DNA of 16,778 nucleotides from Escherichia coli (GTDB lineage Bacteria; Pseudomonadota; Gammaproteobacteria; Enterobacterales; Enterobacteriaceae): NCBI RefSeq assembly GCF_003334255.1, contig NZ_QOWU01000076.1; one strand, 5' to 3'. Shown piece by piece: positions 7,271 to 16,777 of this stretch (position 1 is its first letter; each line of letters starts with the position of its first letter). The notes under the pieces were generated by a model. It saw only the letters and a program-made list of their open reading frames with translations, ran no database searches and was not told where the DNA came from. The position numbers and the translations under genes were made by a program.

Positions 7271-9697
7271 TTATATTTTTTCGATCTCGACCAGATTAGT
7301 GTGCTGCGGGTTTCCCTTCGCCAGTGGTGAAGGGCGCAGAGTGGTTAGCGTATTCACACAGCCGCCATGGTCGATTTTATCGCCAGACATATTGGCCTCG
7401 TGCCAGGCTCCCTGGCCCATAGCGCTAACTCCAGGGAGAATACGTGGTGTTACTTTGGCTGGTAGCCGAACTTCGCCACGATGGTTAAACACCCGCACCA
7501 TATCGCCGTTGGCAATCCCACGTTTCTGCGCATCTATAGGGTTGATCCACACCTCCTGACGGCAGGCAGCCTTCAGGAGATCAATATTGCCGTAGGTCGA
7601 GTGAGTACGGGATTTGTAATGGAAACCAAACAGTTGCAGTGGGAAGGTTCTACGTTCAGGGGAGTTCCAGCCTTCAAAGGTTGAGGCATAAACTGGCAAT
7701 GGGCTTATCACTTCATCTTTTTCCAGTTCCCAGGTACGGGCAATTTCCGCCAGCCTGCTGGAATAAATTTCAATCTTACCGGAAGGCGTTTTAAGTGGAT
7801 TTGCCTCGGGGTCGTCACGAAATGCTTTGTAGGCGACAAAATGGCCATTGGGATCTTTACGCTTATAGATACCCATTTTTTTCAGTTCGTCGTAAGACGG
7901 TAACGCCGGATCTTTGGCAAGCATTTTGGCGTACAGATGTTGTAACCATTGTTCCTGCGTGCGACCTTCTGTGAACTTTTGATAGACGTCAGGTCCAAGA
8001 CGTTTCGCGACTTCACTCAGGATCCAGTAAATCGGTTTGCGTTCGAATTTTTCGCTGGTGACAGGCTGGAGGAAAATGAGATATCCCATGTTACCGGCGT
8101 AGTCGTTAGGAATAATATCTTCCTGCTCAACGGTCATCAGGTCTGGCAGCAGAATGTCGGCATATTTTGCCGATGAGGTCATAAAGTTTTCGATGACCAC
8201 AATCATTTCGCATTTCGATTCGTCCTGCAGAATTTCATGCGTTTTGTTGATGTCAGAATGCTGATTAACGAGGGTATTTCCCGCGTAGTTCCAGATGAAC
8301 TTAATGGGCACATCCAGTTTATCTTTGCCGCGGACGCCGTCGCGGATTGCCGTCATTTGCGGACCATGATCGATAGCATCTGTCCAGCTGAAGCAGGAGA
8401 TTGACGTTTTGACCGGATTATCCAGCACCGGCAGGCGTTCTATGGTAATGGTATAGGTCGATTCACGCGCGCCACTATTTCCGCCGCTGATGCCGACATT
8501 GCCCGTCAAAATAGGTAACATAGCAATAGCGCGTGCAGTCAGTTCGCCGTTTGCCTGGCGTTGTGGCCCCCAGCCCTGGCAGATATAAGCGGGTTTTGCT
8601 GTGCCAATTTCACGCGCCAGTTTGATGATACGGTCCTCCGGGATACCGGTAATTTGCGAAGCCCACTGCGGCGTTTTCGCTGTTTTATCGTCACCTTCAC
8701 CAAGAATATAGGCTTTATAGTGACCATTTTTGGGTGCATCTGCGGGTAAGGTTTTTTCGTCATAGCCGACGCAGTATTTATCGAGAAAAGGTTGATCAAC
8801 GAGATTTTCGTTAATCAATACCCAGGCAATACCCGCAACCAGCGCGGCATCGGTGCCCGGGCGAATAGGGAGCCATTCGTCTTCACGACCGGCAGCCGTA
8901 TCGGTATATCGCGGATCGATAACAATCATTTTGGCGTTCGATTTCTCGCGCGCTTTTTCAAGAAGATAAGTGATGCCACCACCGCTCATGCGGGTTTCTG
9001 CCGGGTTGTTACCAAACATCACGACCAGCTTGCTGTTTTCAATATCCGTGGTGCTGTTGCCATCATTACTGCCGTAGGTGTAGGGCATGGCACAGGAAAT
9101 TTGCGCAGTGCTGTAGGAGCCATACTGGTTGAGTGAACCGCCGTAGCAGTTCATCAGGCGTTTGACCGCCGAGGCTGATGGCGAAGAGCGGGTCATATTG
9201 CCGCCAACGATCCCCGAAGAGTACTGAATATATACAGCCTCATTGCCATATTGTTCGACGGTTTTCTTCAGGCTACTGGCGATAGTATCCAGGGCTTCAT
9301 CCCAGCTAATCCGTTCGAATTTGCCTTCGCCGCGTTTGCCCACGCGTTTCATTGGGTAATTCAAGCGATCGGGATGATTAATACGCCGGCGGATGGAGCG
9401 ACCGCGCAAACAGGCGCGTACCTGATGGTTGCCGTACTCATCGCTGCCGGTATTGTCAGTTTCCACCCAGGTCACTTCATTATCTTTAACATGTAGACGA
9501 AGTGCACAGCGGCTACCACAGTTGACGGAACAGGCACCCCAGACCACTTTTTCGCGGGCCTGTTGTACCGCTGCTGCTGCATTGCGCAGGGTAAACGGCA
9601 AAGAAAAACCGCCTGCAGCCAGCGCCAGAGAACCTATCGCGGTAGATTTAACGAGTGTTCTGCGGCTGATGCCCACCATTCGTTCATTTTTGGACAT
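7271..9697 (-). CDS. ynfE: Tat-exported molybdopterin oxidoreductase catalytic subunit YnfE (putative selenate/DMSO reductase)
   Basis: MSKNERMVGISRRTLVK twin-arginine leader, CSVNCGSRC cluster, 808 aa; RBS agggag upstream; clearly paralogous to the adjacent ynfF. Confidence 0.9.
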   Translation of the reverse strand: MSKNERMVGISRRTLVKSTAIGSLALAAGGFSLPFTLRNAAAAVQQAREKVVWGACSVNCGSRCALRLHVKDNEVTWVETDNTGSDEYGNHQVRACLRGRSIRRRINHPDRLNYPMKRVGKRGEGKFERISWDEALDTIASSLKKTVEQYGNEAVYIQYSSGIVGGNMTRSSPSASAVKRLMNCYGGSLNQYGSYSTAQISCAMPYTYGSNDGNSTTDIENSKLVVMFGNNPAETRMSGGGITYLLEKAREKSNAKMIVIDPRYTDTAAGREDEWLPIRPGTDAALVAGIAWVLINENLVDQPFLDKYCVGYDEKTLPADAPKNGHYKAYILGEGDDKTAKTPQWASQITGIPEDRIIKLAREIGTAKPAYICQGWGPQRQANGELTARAIAMLPILTGNVGISGGNSGARESTYTITIERLPVLDNPVKTSISCFSWTDAIDHGPQMTAIRDGVRGKDKLDVPIKFIWNYAGNTLVNQHSDINKTHEILQDESKCEMIVVIENFMTSSAKYADILLPDLMTVEQEDIIPNDYAGNMGYLIFLQPVTSEKFERKPIYWILSEVAKRLGPDVYQKFTEGRTQEQWLQHLYAKMLAKDPALPSYDELKKMGIYKRKDPNGHFVAYKAFRDDPEANPLKTPSGKIEIYSSRLAEIARTWELEKDEVISPLPVYASTFEGWNSPERRTFPLQLFGFHYKSRTHSTYGNIDLLKAACRQEVWINPIDAQKRGIANGDMVRVFNHRGEVRLPAKVTPRILPGVSAMGQGAWHEANMSGDKIDHGGCVNTLTTLRPSPLAKGNPQHTNLVEIEKI

Positions 9698-9796
9698 AAC
9701 TCACTCCCTGTTCTTTATCGTTATATAAAAGTTTATATATTGAATATTTAGCGCGCTAACAATAGAGGGAGTCTACCCATTTTGGGTTAAGAATTA

Positions 9797-9810
9797 TTAA
9801 TCCATATCAA
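9797..9810. promoter_or_regulatory. Candidate FNR-type site (TTAAT-N4-ATCAA) upstream of ynfE
   Basis: One mismatch to the TTGAT-N4-ATCAA consensus; about 106 bp upstream of the ynfE ATG. Anaerobic FNR-dependent expression of ynfE is established knowledge; this specific site is inference. Confidence 0.3.
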
Positions 9811-9856
9811 TAGAAGGGTATGAGTAATAAGGTGGGATTATGTTGTATGTTCAAAT

Positions 9857-9879
9857 CGCCGGATTTGTCATATCCGGCG
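9857..9879 (-). terminator. Hairpin downstream of ynfD (8-bp perfect stem cgccggat/atccggcg, 7-nt loop)
   Basis: Begins 17 nt after the ynfD stop; on the minus-strand RNA it is followed by AUUUG, a short U-tract only. Confidence 0.35.
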
Positions 9880-9895
9880 TTCAGTCGATAATGTG

Positions 9896-10201
9896 TTACT
9901 GCGGTTCGGCAGGCGCGCCATCCTGGCTAGACTGCGCGGGAGCAGAGACGTTACCGCTGGTGGTGCGGGTATAGAGAATTTTATGCGTATCATTAGCGCA
10001 ATGGCCGACGACCTGGGAATCAGGCTGATCAACCTGGTCATTGGGTACAATACTTAACGTGAAGCTGCTTTCGGGTACGCCATTATTGATAATGCGCTGT
10101 GATATATCGCTCTGTATGCGCTCACAGGATCCCGGCGCGGCGAGTACCGCGGGTGAGGCGAGGGCGAGCAGAAGCGCGGCACAGCAGGTTGAGAGTTTCA
10201 T
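9896..10201 (-). CDS. ynfD: Secreted small protein YnfD (DUF1161 family), 101 aa
   Basis: Start placed at internal MKLSTCCAALLLALASPAVLA (signal peptide), giving the expected 101-aa length; the listed ORF extends 14 codons further upstream. Confidence 0.8.
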   Translation of the reverse strand: MKLSTCCAALLLALASPAVLAAPGSCERIQSDISQRIINNGVPESSFTLSIVPNDQVDQPDSQVVGHCANDTHKILYTRTTSGNVSAPAQSSQDGAPAEPQ

Positions 10202-10308
10202 CATAAGCTCCTTACGCGAAGATAACTTCTTTAAGCATAGCATTTAACGTGTAAAGTACTGTATTTGCTACTATGATTGAGAATCATCTCTACTCTCTGG
10301 TGACTGTT

Positions 10309-11019
10309 GTGAAATACAAATTACTACCATGCTTACTCGCGATATTCCTCACAGGATGTGACCGCACAGAGGTAACACTTTCATTTACCCCTGAGATGGC
10401 CAGTTTCTCTAATGAATTCGATTTTGATCCGCTGCGTGGTCCGGTAAAAGATTTCACTCAGACATTAATGGATGAGCAAGGTGAAGTGACGAAACGTGTT
10501 TCTGGGACTTTGTCGGAAGAAGGCTGTTTTGATTCACTCGAATTACTGGATCTGGAAAATAATACCGTGGTCGCTCTGGTACTGGACGCCAATTATTACC
10601 GTGATGCCGAGACGCTGGAGAAGAGAGTACGTTTACAGGGAAAATGCCAGCTAGCAGAATTACCTTCTGCCGGGGTGAGTTGGGAAACCGATGATAATGG
10701 CTTCGTGATTAAAGCCAGCAGCAAACAAATGCAGATGGAATATCGCTATGATGATCAGGGTTATCCGCTGGGTAAAACCACGAAAAGTAACGACAAAACA
10801 TTATCTGTCAGCGCCACGCCATCAACGGATCCGATCAAAAAATTAGATTACACAGCGGTTACTTTACTGAATAATCAACGGGTTGGTAATGTAAAACAGA
10901 GCTGTGAATATGACAGTCACGCTAATCCGGTGGACTGTCAGCTAATCATTGTTGATGAAGGAGTAAAACCCGCCGTCGAACGGGTTTACACCATCAAAAA
11001 TACGATCGATTATTATTAA
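10309..11019 (+). CDS. ynfC: Lipoprotein YnfC (UPF0257 family), 236 aa from a GTG start
   Basis: Lipobox LTGC after a hydrophobic leader (KYKLLPCLLAIFLTGC); GTG at 10309 gives the expected length; an in-frame ATG at 10273 is an alternative start. Confidence 0.8.
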   Translation: MKYKLLPCLLAIFLTGCDRTEVTLSFTPEMASFSNEFDFDPLRGPVKDFTQTLMDEQGEVTKRVSGTLSEEGCFDSLELLDLENNTVVALVLDANYYRDAETLEKRVRLQGKCQLAELPSAGVSWETDDNGFVIKASSKQMQMEYRYDDQGYPLGKTTKSNDKTLSVSATPSTDPIKKLDYTAVTLLNNQRVGNVKQSCEYDSHANPVDCQLIIVDEGVKPAVERVYTIKNTIDYY

Positions 11020-11021
11020 TG

Positions 11022-11582
11022 CTATTGTGCGGTCGGCTTCAGGAGAGTCTGACCCGGTGTTTTGTGCTCTGCCAGATACTGATGCTGGAATATACACATG
11101 CGAATGGCATTACGATATTGACCATTAATAAAGAACTCGTGCATCAATTCACCTTCAACCGAAAAGCCAAGCTTGCGGTAAATGTGAATCGCTTTTTCAT
11201 TCTCTTTATCAACGATCAGATACAGCTTATAGAGATTGAGAACGGTAAAGCCATAGTCCATTGCTAATTTGGCGGCACGGGTTGCCAGACCTTTCCCCTG
11301 ATACTCCGGGGAGATAATTATCTGAAATTCTGCGCGGCGATGAACATGGTTAATTTCCACCAGCTCCACCAGACCGGCTTTTTCGCCGTCACATTCCACC
11401 ACAAAGCGCCGTTCGCTCTGATCGTGAATATGCTTATCATACAGATCAGAGAGTTCAACAAAGGCTTCGTAGGGTTCCTCAAACCAGTAACGCATCACAC
11501 TGGCGTTATTGTCGAGTTGATGTACATAGCGTAAATCTTCACGCTCCAGCGGGCGTAGCTTAACACTGTGGGCGCTTGGCAT
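11022..11582 (-). CDS. speG: Spermidine N1-acetyltransferase (GNAT family)
   Basis: 186-aa product beginning [41 protein letters not shown], recognised as SpeG. Confidence 0.9.
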   Translation of the reverse strand: MPSAHSVKLRPLEREDLRYVHQLDNNASVMRYWFEEPYEAFVELSDLYDKHIHDQSERRFVVECDGEKAGLVELVEINHVHRRAEFQIIISPEYQGKGLATRAAKLAMDYGFTVLNLYKLYLIVDKENEKAIHIYRKLGFSVEGELMHEFFINGQYRNAIRMCIFQHQYLAEHKTPGQTLLKPTAQ

Positions 11583-11616
11583 AACGTGTCCTTACATTCC
11601 TTAAATCAATAACAGG

Positions 11617-11958
11617 TTAGGGGGTAATAACGCGGCCAGTTCGACGGTCCAGGCAGCGCAAAGTATTGGGCTCCCAGTAGGCATTGATGTTGGCGCTTTG
11701 CTCACATTTATCGCGGTTATCAAAAGCGGCGTCGGCTTTATCCCACTCTTTTTCAGTGCGTTTATTCACTTTCTGGCGCAGATTGCGCGTGTCATTCCAT
11801 TGCTCTTTTTCCATAGCGGCGTGCTGGCGGCTTTGTGCACTGTCGCCAGACTCAATCACCAGTTTGTTAGTTTCGGCATGAACAGTTGTGCTCAATGCCA
11901 GTGCGCAAGGCAGCAGAATAGCGAGCAGGCCGATTCGTTTGCTGAGAGTGATTTTCAT
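11617..11958 (-). CDS. ynfB: UPF0482 family secreted protein YnfB, 113 aa
   Basis: N-terminal signal peptide ([28 protein letters not shown]); sits immediately upstream of speG on the same strand (ynfB-speG operon arrangement). Confidence 0.8.
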
Positions 11959-12092
11959 AATTCATTCCCTGTATGAATGATTAAAGGTGATTCTACACCA
12001 TCCACTGCGGACGCAAAACGTACCAGGAGGGTGTTTATATTGATGATATTATGTCGCCCTATAACTATACATGATGTCAATAAGAGACAAAG

Positions 12093-12419
12093 ATGATTAA
12101 AACAACGTTACTATTTTTTGCTACTGCGCTGTGTGAAATTATTGGATGCTTTCTGCCCTGGTTGTGGTTAAAACGAAACGCCAGTATCTGGCTGTTGCTT
12201 CCGGCGGGGATTTCACTGGCGCTGTTTGTCTGGTTGTTAACGTTGCATCCAGCGGCGAGTGGGCGTGTTTACGCGGCTTATGGTGGCGTTTATGTCTGCA
12301 CGGCGTTGATGTGGCTGCGCGTTGTGGATGGCGTGAAACTGACTCTTTATGACTGGACGGGTGCGTTGATTGCGCTTTGCGGCATGTTGATCATTGTTGC
12401 GGGCTGGGGGCGCACGTAG
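12093..12419 (+). CDS. ynfA: UPF0060 family inner-membrane protein YnfA, 108 aa
   Basis: Highly hydrophobic, predicted four-helix small membrane protein; sequence recognised as YnfA. Confidence 0.8.
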
Positions 12420-12624
12420 GAACATAAATCCATTTTATCAATAAGATAAGAGGAAGTGTCAGCTGACAAAAGGTATTCTATTTCATCTTTTGTCAACCAT
12501 TCACAGCGCAAATATACGCCTTTTTTTGTGATCACTCCGGCTTTTTTCGATCTTTATACTTGTATGGTAGTAGCTCAGTTGCGTGGATTTCATGCATCAC
12601 GACAAGCGATGCAAGGAATCGAAC

Positions 12625-13839
12625 ATGAAGATCGTAAAGGCTGAAGTTTTTGTTACCTGTCCGGGGCGTAATTTCGTCACATTAAAAATCACCACTGAGG
12701 ACGGTATTACGGGCCTTGGGGATGCCACCCTCAATGGACGTGAGCTTTCCGTGGCCTCTTATTTGCAGGATCACCTTTGTCCGCAGCTTATTGGTCGCGA
12801 TGCGCACCGTATCGAAGATATCTGGCAGTTTTTCTATAAAGGTGCTTACTGGCGTCGCGGTCCGGTTACGATGTCGGCCATTTCAGCGGTTGATATGGCG
12901 CTGTGGGATATTAAAGCCAAAGCTGCCAACATGCCGCTTTACCAGTTACTCGGCGGCGCGTCTCGTGAAGGGGTGATGGTTTATTGCCATACCACCGGTC
13001 ACAGTATTGATGAAGCTCTGGATGATTATGCCCGTCATCAAGAGCTTGGATTCAAAGCCATCCGCGTGCAGTGCGGAATCCCTGGTATGAAAACCACCTA
13101 CGGCATGTCGAAAGGTAAAGGTCTGGCTTATGAACCCGCAACCAAAGGACAGTGGCCGGAAGAGCAGCTGTGGTCGACGGAGAAATACCTCGATTTCATG
13201 CCGAAATTGTTTGACGCGGTACGTAACAAGTTTGGTTTTAATGAACATTTGCTGCATGACATGCACCATCGCTTAACGCCTATTGAAGCGGCGCGCTTTG
13301 GTAAAAGCATTGAAGATTATCGCATGTTCTGGATGGAAGACCCGACGCCTGCGGAAAACCAGGAATGCTTCCGTCTCATTCGCCAACATACCGTCACACC
13401 CATCGCAGTGGGTGAAGTCTTCAACAGCATCTGGGACTGCAAACAACTGATTGAAGAGCAACTCATCGATTATATCCGCACCACGCTGACCCATGCAGGC
13501 GGAATTACCGGTATGCGCCGGATTGCCGATTTTGCTTCGCTGTATCAGGTACGTACTGGCTCACACGGTCCTTCCGATTTGTCACCAGTCTGCATGGCTG
13601 CGGCGCTGCACTTTGATCTGTGGGTCCCCAATTTCGGTGTCCAGGAATACATGGGTTATTCCGAACAAATGCTCGAAGTCTTCCCGCACAACTGGACTTT
13701 CGATAACGGCTATATGCATCCGGGAGACAAACCGGGTCTTGGTATCGAATTCGATGAAAAGCTGGCGGCGAAATATCCCTATGAACCTGCTTATCTACCA
13801 GTCGCACGTCTGGAAGATGGCACGCTGTGGAACTGGTAA
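12625..13839 (+). CDS. rspA: Starvation-sensing protein RspA (enolase-superfamily, mannonate-dehydratase-like), 404 aa
   Basis: Start at [27 protein letters not shown] with RBS aggaa upstream; the listed ORF begins 14 codons earlier without an RBS. Confidence 0.9.
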
Positions 13840-13850
13840 GGAGTAAGATA

Positions 13851-14870
13851 ATGAAAAGCATATTAATTGAAAAACCGAATCAACTGGCGATTGTCGAACG
13901 TGAAATACCCACCCCGTCAGCGGGTGAAGTACGAGTAAAAGTGAAACTTGCCGGAATTTGTGGTTCAGATAGCCATATTTATCGTGGGCATAATCCTTTT
14001 GCGAAATATCCGCGCGTCATTGGTCATGAATTCTTTGGCGTCATTGATGCAGTGGGTGAAGGCGTGGAAAGCGCCAGAGTCGGTGAACGTGTTGCTGTCG
14101 ATCCGGTGGTCAGCTGTGGGCATTGCTATCCGTGCTCTATAGGTAAACCGAACGTTTGTACGACACTGGCTGTATTAGGTGTGCACGCTGACGGTGGTTT
14201 CAGTGAATATGCCGTGGTTCCGGCAAAAAATGCGTGGAAAATTCCTGAAGCAGTGGCCGATCAATATGCGGTAATGATCGAACCTTTTACCATTGCGGCT
14301 AACGTAACCGGACATGGTCAACCGACTGAAAATGATACCGTTCTGGTTTATGGTGCCGGTCCAATCGGCCTGACGATCGTTCAGGTATTAAAAGGCGTCT
14401 ATAACGTTAAAAATGTGATTGTTGCCGATCGCATTGATGAACGACTGGAAAAAGCGAAAGAGAGCGGGGCTGACTGGGCGATTAATAACAGCCAGACACC
14501 GCTTGGCGAGATTTTCACTGAAAAAGGCATCAAGCCGACATTAATTATCGATGCGGCTTGTCATCCTTCTATCCTGAAAGAGGCCGTAACGCTGGCTTCT
14601 CCAGCGGCACGTATTGTATTGATGGGGTTCTCCAGTGAACCGTCTGAAGTGATTCAGCAAGGAATTACCGGAAAAGAACTCTCTATTTTCTCTTCACGCT
14701 TAAATGCAAATAAATTCCCGATCGTTATCGACTGGTTAAGTAAAGGGTTAATTAAACCAGAAAAATTAATTACCCATACGTTTGATTTCCAGCATGTTGC
14801 TGATGCCATTAGTTTATTTGAACAGGATCAAAAACATTGCTGCAAAGTCTTACTCACTTTTTCTGAATAA
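13851..14870 (+). CDS. rspB: Zn-dependent medium-chain dehydrogenase RspB, 339 aa
   Basis: Zn-ADH motifs (GICGSDSH, GHEFFG, CGHCYPC); start at MKSILIEKPN, 11 nt after the rspA stop, with RBS aaggag (operon). Confidence 0.9.
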   Translation: MKSILIEKPNQLAIVEREIPTPSAGEVRVKVKLAGICGSDSHIYRGHNPFAKYPRVIGHEFFGVIDAVGEGVESARVGERVAVDPVVSCGHCYPCSIGKPNVCTTLAVLGVHADGGFSEYAVVPAKNAWKIPEAVADQYAVMIEPFTIAANVTGHGQPTENDTVLVYGAGPIGLTIVQVLKGVYNVKNVIVADRIDERLEKAKESGADWAINNSQTPLGEIFTEKGIKPTLIIDAACHPSILKEAVTLASPAARIVLMGFSSEPSEVIQQGITGKELSIFSSRLNANKFPIVIDWLSKGLIKPEKLITHTFDFQHVADAISLFEQDQKHCCKVLLTFSE

Positions 14871-14927
14871 TACCAATAACGGCGAGTAAGTAGTACGCAT
14901 CTTACCTCTTTTTTAGAGATAACCATT

Positions 14928-15038
14928 ATGACAATAGAAAAACACGAAAGAAGCACTAAGGATTTGGTGAAAGCAGCAGTATCGGGATGGCTGGGCACTG
15001 CGCTTGAATTTATGGATTTCAAGAGTCATGCGTGTTAA
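14928..15038 (+). pseudogene. 5' remnant (36 codons) of an MHS-type MFS transporter gene (ydfJ-like), interrupted at a prophage junction
   Basis: MTIEKHERSTKDLVKAAVSGWLGTALEFMDF resembles the N-terminus and first TM motif (G..LE(W/F).DF) of ProP/ShiA-family transporters; the reading frame then diverges and stops. In K-12 a ydfJ gene is split by the Qin prophage (recalled, not verified). Confidence 0.5.
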
Positions 15039-15057
15039 CTATTTGATAAATATTAAA

Positions 15058-16338
15058 TTAATTTTTCATTGCTTCGTTATGGGGCATGGTTGGGGCAAAC
15101 TCGCTTAACTGTGTATTTAACAAAGCTACCTGTGCATTATTGTTTTCAGACATCCATTTTCCGTATACCTGAAATACCATTTGCGCATCTGCATGGCCCA
15201 TCTGGTTTGCTATAAATGCCGGGTTAGCACCAGCTGTCAGCGACCAGCAGGCATAAGTATGTCTCGACTGATATGATTTTCGATGGCGGAGTCCGGCACG
15301 TTTTATCGCTGCGTCCCACATCTGCCTTATTGAGTCAACGGTAAAATGGTCACCATAATTTTTTACTCTCGCTGACACTTCAGGTTGAAAAACAAAGGTG
15401 CATTTTTGTTTTTCTGTTCTGCCATACTCTCTGAGGTGAACATCAATGATATGCTCTTTGCTCAGTCTCGTTAATGTCATCTGACTCCGGAGAGCGTCGA
15501 TTGCTGGCTTAATAAGATGAATGACCCGATTGGTTCCCGCCTGTGTTTTTGGTACCGTGAAACGGTCTTTTGCTAAATTTCTCCTGATCATCATTGTTCC
15601 ATTTTTCAGATCTATGTCCTCCCATCCAAGTGCACACAGCTCACCAGGGCGAACTCCAGTATAAACAGAAACACACCATAAATTTTTTGCTTGCTGATTT
15701 CTGCACGCATCGATAAGACGGATAAATTCTTCCCGCGAAAGAGGATCCGGAATGGTTCTTGATTCCTTTAATGGCGAGATCCCCTTAAACGGATTATCTG
15801 CCAGGTAACCGTTATCAACACCAAACTGGAACACGGCGTTAAGATTTGTCATGTAATTATTTACAGTTACAGCCGATCTCCCTGGTTGTGTAACAATATA
15901 GTTACTTTTGGGGATCTGGTATCCAGTCAGTAACTCTTTACGAACCTCCAGTAATTTTTCTTTATTAATCGATGAGGCAAGATTTTTTTCACCGATTATG
16001 CTCAGGATATTTTTGATGACGGCACGGTATGTGTTGAGTGATGTTTTGGCGACTTCAGTTTCTTTCAGTGCCAGAAATTTTTCAGCCAGTTCTTTTATGG
16101 TTAAATCTTGTCGGGCCTCACCAAATTTTTCCAGATTGCGTGAGGAGGGAAACTGTTTTGCATAGTCGAAAACACCAGTTTTTATTGCGTAACAAACAGA
16201 GGAGCGTAGTTCACCTGCAACGCGCCTGTTTTTTGCTGTGTCAGGAACCCCCAGATTTTCCCTGACTCTTACGTCTTTATAAACAAACCAGATACGTAAT
16301 TTCCCTCCATGGTTTTCCACGCCTGTCGGATATTTCAT
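15058..16338 (-). CDS. Phage tyrosine integrase (lambda Int family), about 426 aa
   Basis: MKYPTGVENHGGKLRI N-terminus; catalytic-region motifs present (GVRPGEL, SRHTYACWSL, GHADAQMVFQVYGKW), so it appears intact. Start chosen at the ATG with a purine-rich RBS (alternative 16353). Occupies the position of intQ next to rspB in K-12. Confidence 0.85.
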   Translation of the reverse strand: MKYPTGVENHGGKLRIWFVYKDVRVRENLGVPDTAKNRRVAGELRSSVCYAIKTGVFDYAKQFPSSRNLEKFGEARQDLTIKELAEKFLALKETEVAKTSLNTYRAVIKNILSIIGEKNLASSINKEKLLEVRKELLTGYQIPKSNYIVTQPGRSAVTVNNYMTNLNAVFQFGVDNGYLADNPFKGISPLKESRTIPDPLSREEFIRLIDACRNQQAKNLWCVSVYTGVRPGELCALGWEDIDLKNGTMMIRRNLAKDRFTVPKTQAGTNRVIHLIKPAIDALRSQMTLTRLSKEHIIDVHLREYGRTEKQKCTFVFQPEVSARVKNYGDHFTVDSIRQMWDAAIKRAGLRHRKSYQSRHTYACWSLTAGANPAFIANQMGHADAQMVFQVYGKWMSENNNAQVALLNTQLSEFAPTMPHNEAMKN

Positions 16339-16372
16339 TTCAACTTCTCTCATTAGTTAGTGTGGCTTTTAG

Positions 16373-16624
16373 TCAAGTAAGATGACGTCTTGGTCTCGCT
16401 GATGCCTGGCGCTCAATCCAGCGATCAATTTCTTCCAGGTTGTAAAAGCATGGACTGTTATCCCATGGCATACCGTCATGAGCGACATGCTTATATTCCC
16501 TTCCTTCCATAAACGATTTTTCCCGGGCCTTTTTTAACGTACCTTTTTTTATTCCTTTCAGCGCAATTAACTGCTCTTCGGATACCCATTTGCCGGGAGA
16601 GACAATCATGATTACTTCGCTCAT
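16373..16624 (-). CDS. Small excisionase-like protein (83 aa) upstream of the integrase
   Basis: Position and size typical of a lambdoid xis gene; sequence resembles the putative-excisionase family as I recall it, but not lambda Xis itself. Confidence 0.45.
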   Translation of the reverse strand: MSEVIMIVSPGKWVSEEQLIALKGIKKGTLKKAREKSFMEGREYKHVAHDGMPWDNSPCFYNLEEIDRWIERQASARPRRHLT

Positions 16625-16696
16625 CGATTTCTTTATCTCTTACATCAGACGAGCGCCGGTTGCAGAATACCAGTCACAACCGGCGACAGTTGAACA

Positions 16697-16777
16697 TTAA
16701 GAATCAGCCTGACTCGGGATCAGTTTTTGCCAGATAACTGAAACGTATTTTGCCTGGTAACGGGCGTCATCAAGTGC
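16697..16777 (-). CDS. 3' end of an unidentified prophage gene whose start lies beyond the window
   Basis: Minus-strand frame is open from the window edge to the stop at 16697-16699 (...ALDDARYQAKYVSVIWQKLIPSQADS); followed by a 9-bp-stem hairpin (16654-16685). Confidence 0.3.
   Translation of the reverse strand, partial: ALDDARYQAKYVSVIWQKLIPSQADS

Noticed and set aside
4853-9751. Numerous 60-190 aa ORFs antisense to or out of frame within ynfF and ynfE (including the 192-aa ORF at 6981-7559 and the 114-aa ORF at 8792-9136)
   Set aside because: They overlap two well-supported 808-codon genes; such frames are expected by chance in long coding regions.
9857-9879. Possible REP (repetitive extragenic palindrome) element
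   Set aside because: Perfect hairpin, but the sequence does not match the REP consensus as I recall it; more simply a gene-end stem-loop, kept as a low-confidence terminator.
12146-13861. ORFs overlapping ynfA and rspA on either strand (e.g. 12946-13269, 13505-13861, 13493-13846)
   Set aside because: Overlap confidently identified genes; no independent coding signal.
14828-15022. 64-aa minus-strand ORF across the rspB 3' end and the transporter-gene remnant
   Set aside because: Overlaps the rspB terminus and the better-supported plus-strand remnant; no RBS.
15908-16265. Plus-strand ORFs (85 and 75 aa) inside the integrase gene
   Set aside because: Antisense to an integrase with intact catalytic motifs.
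16654-16685. 9-bp-stem inverted repeat (cgccggttg/caaccggcg) after the partial prophage gene
   Set aside because: No U-tract on either strand; could be a terminator or protein-binding dyad, but evidence is insufficient to assign it.
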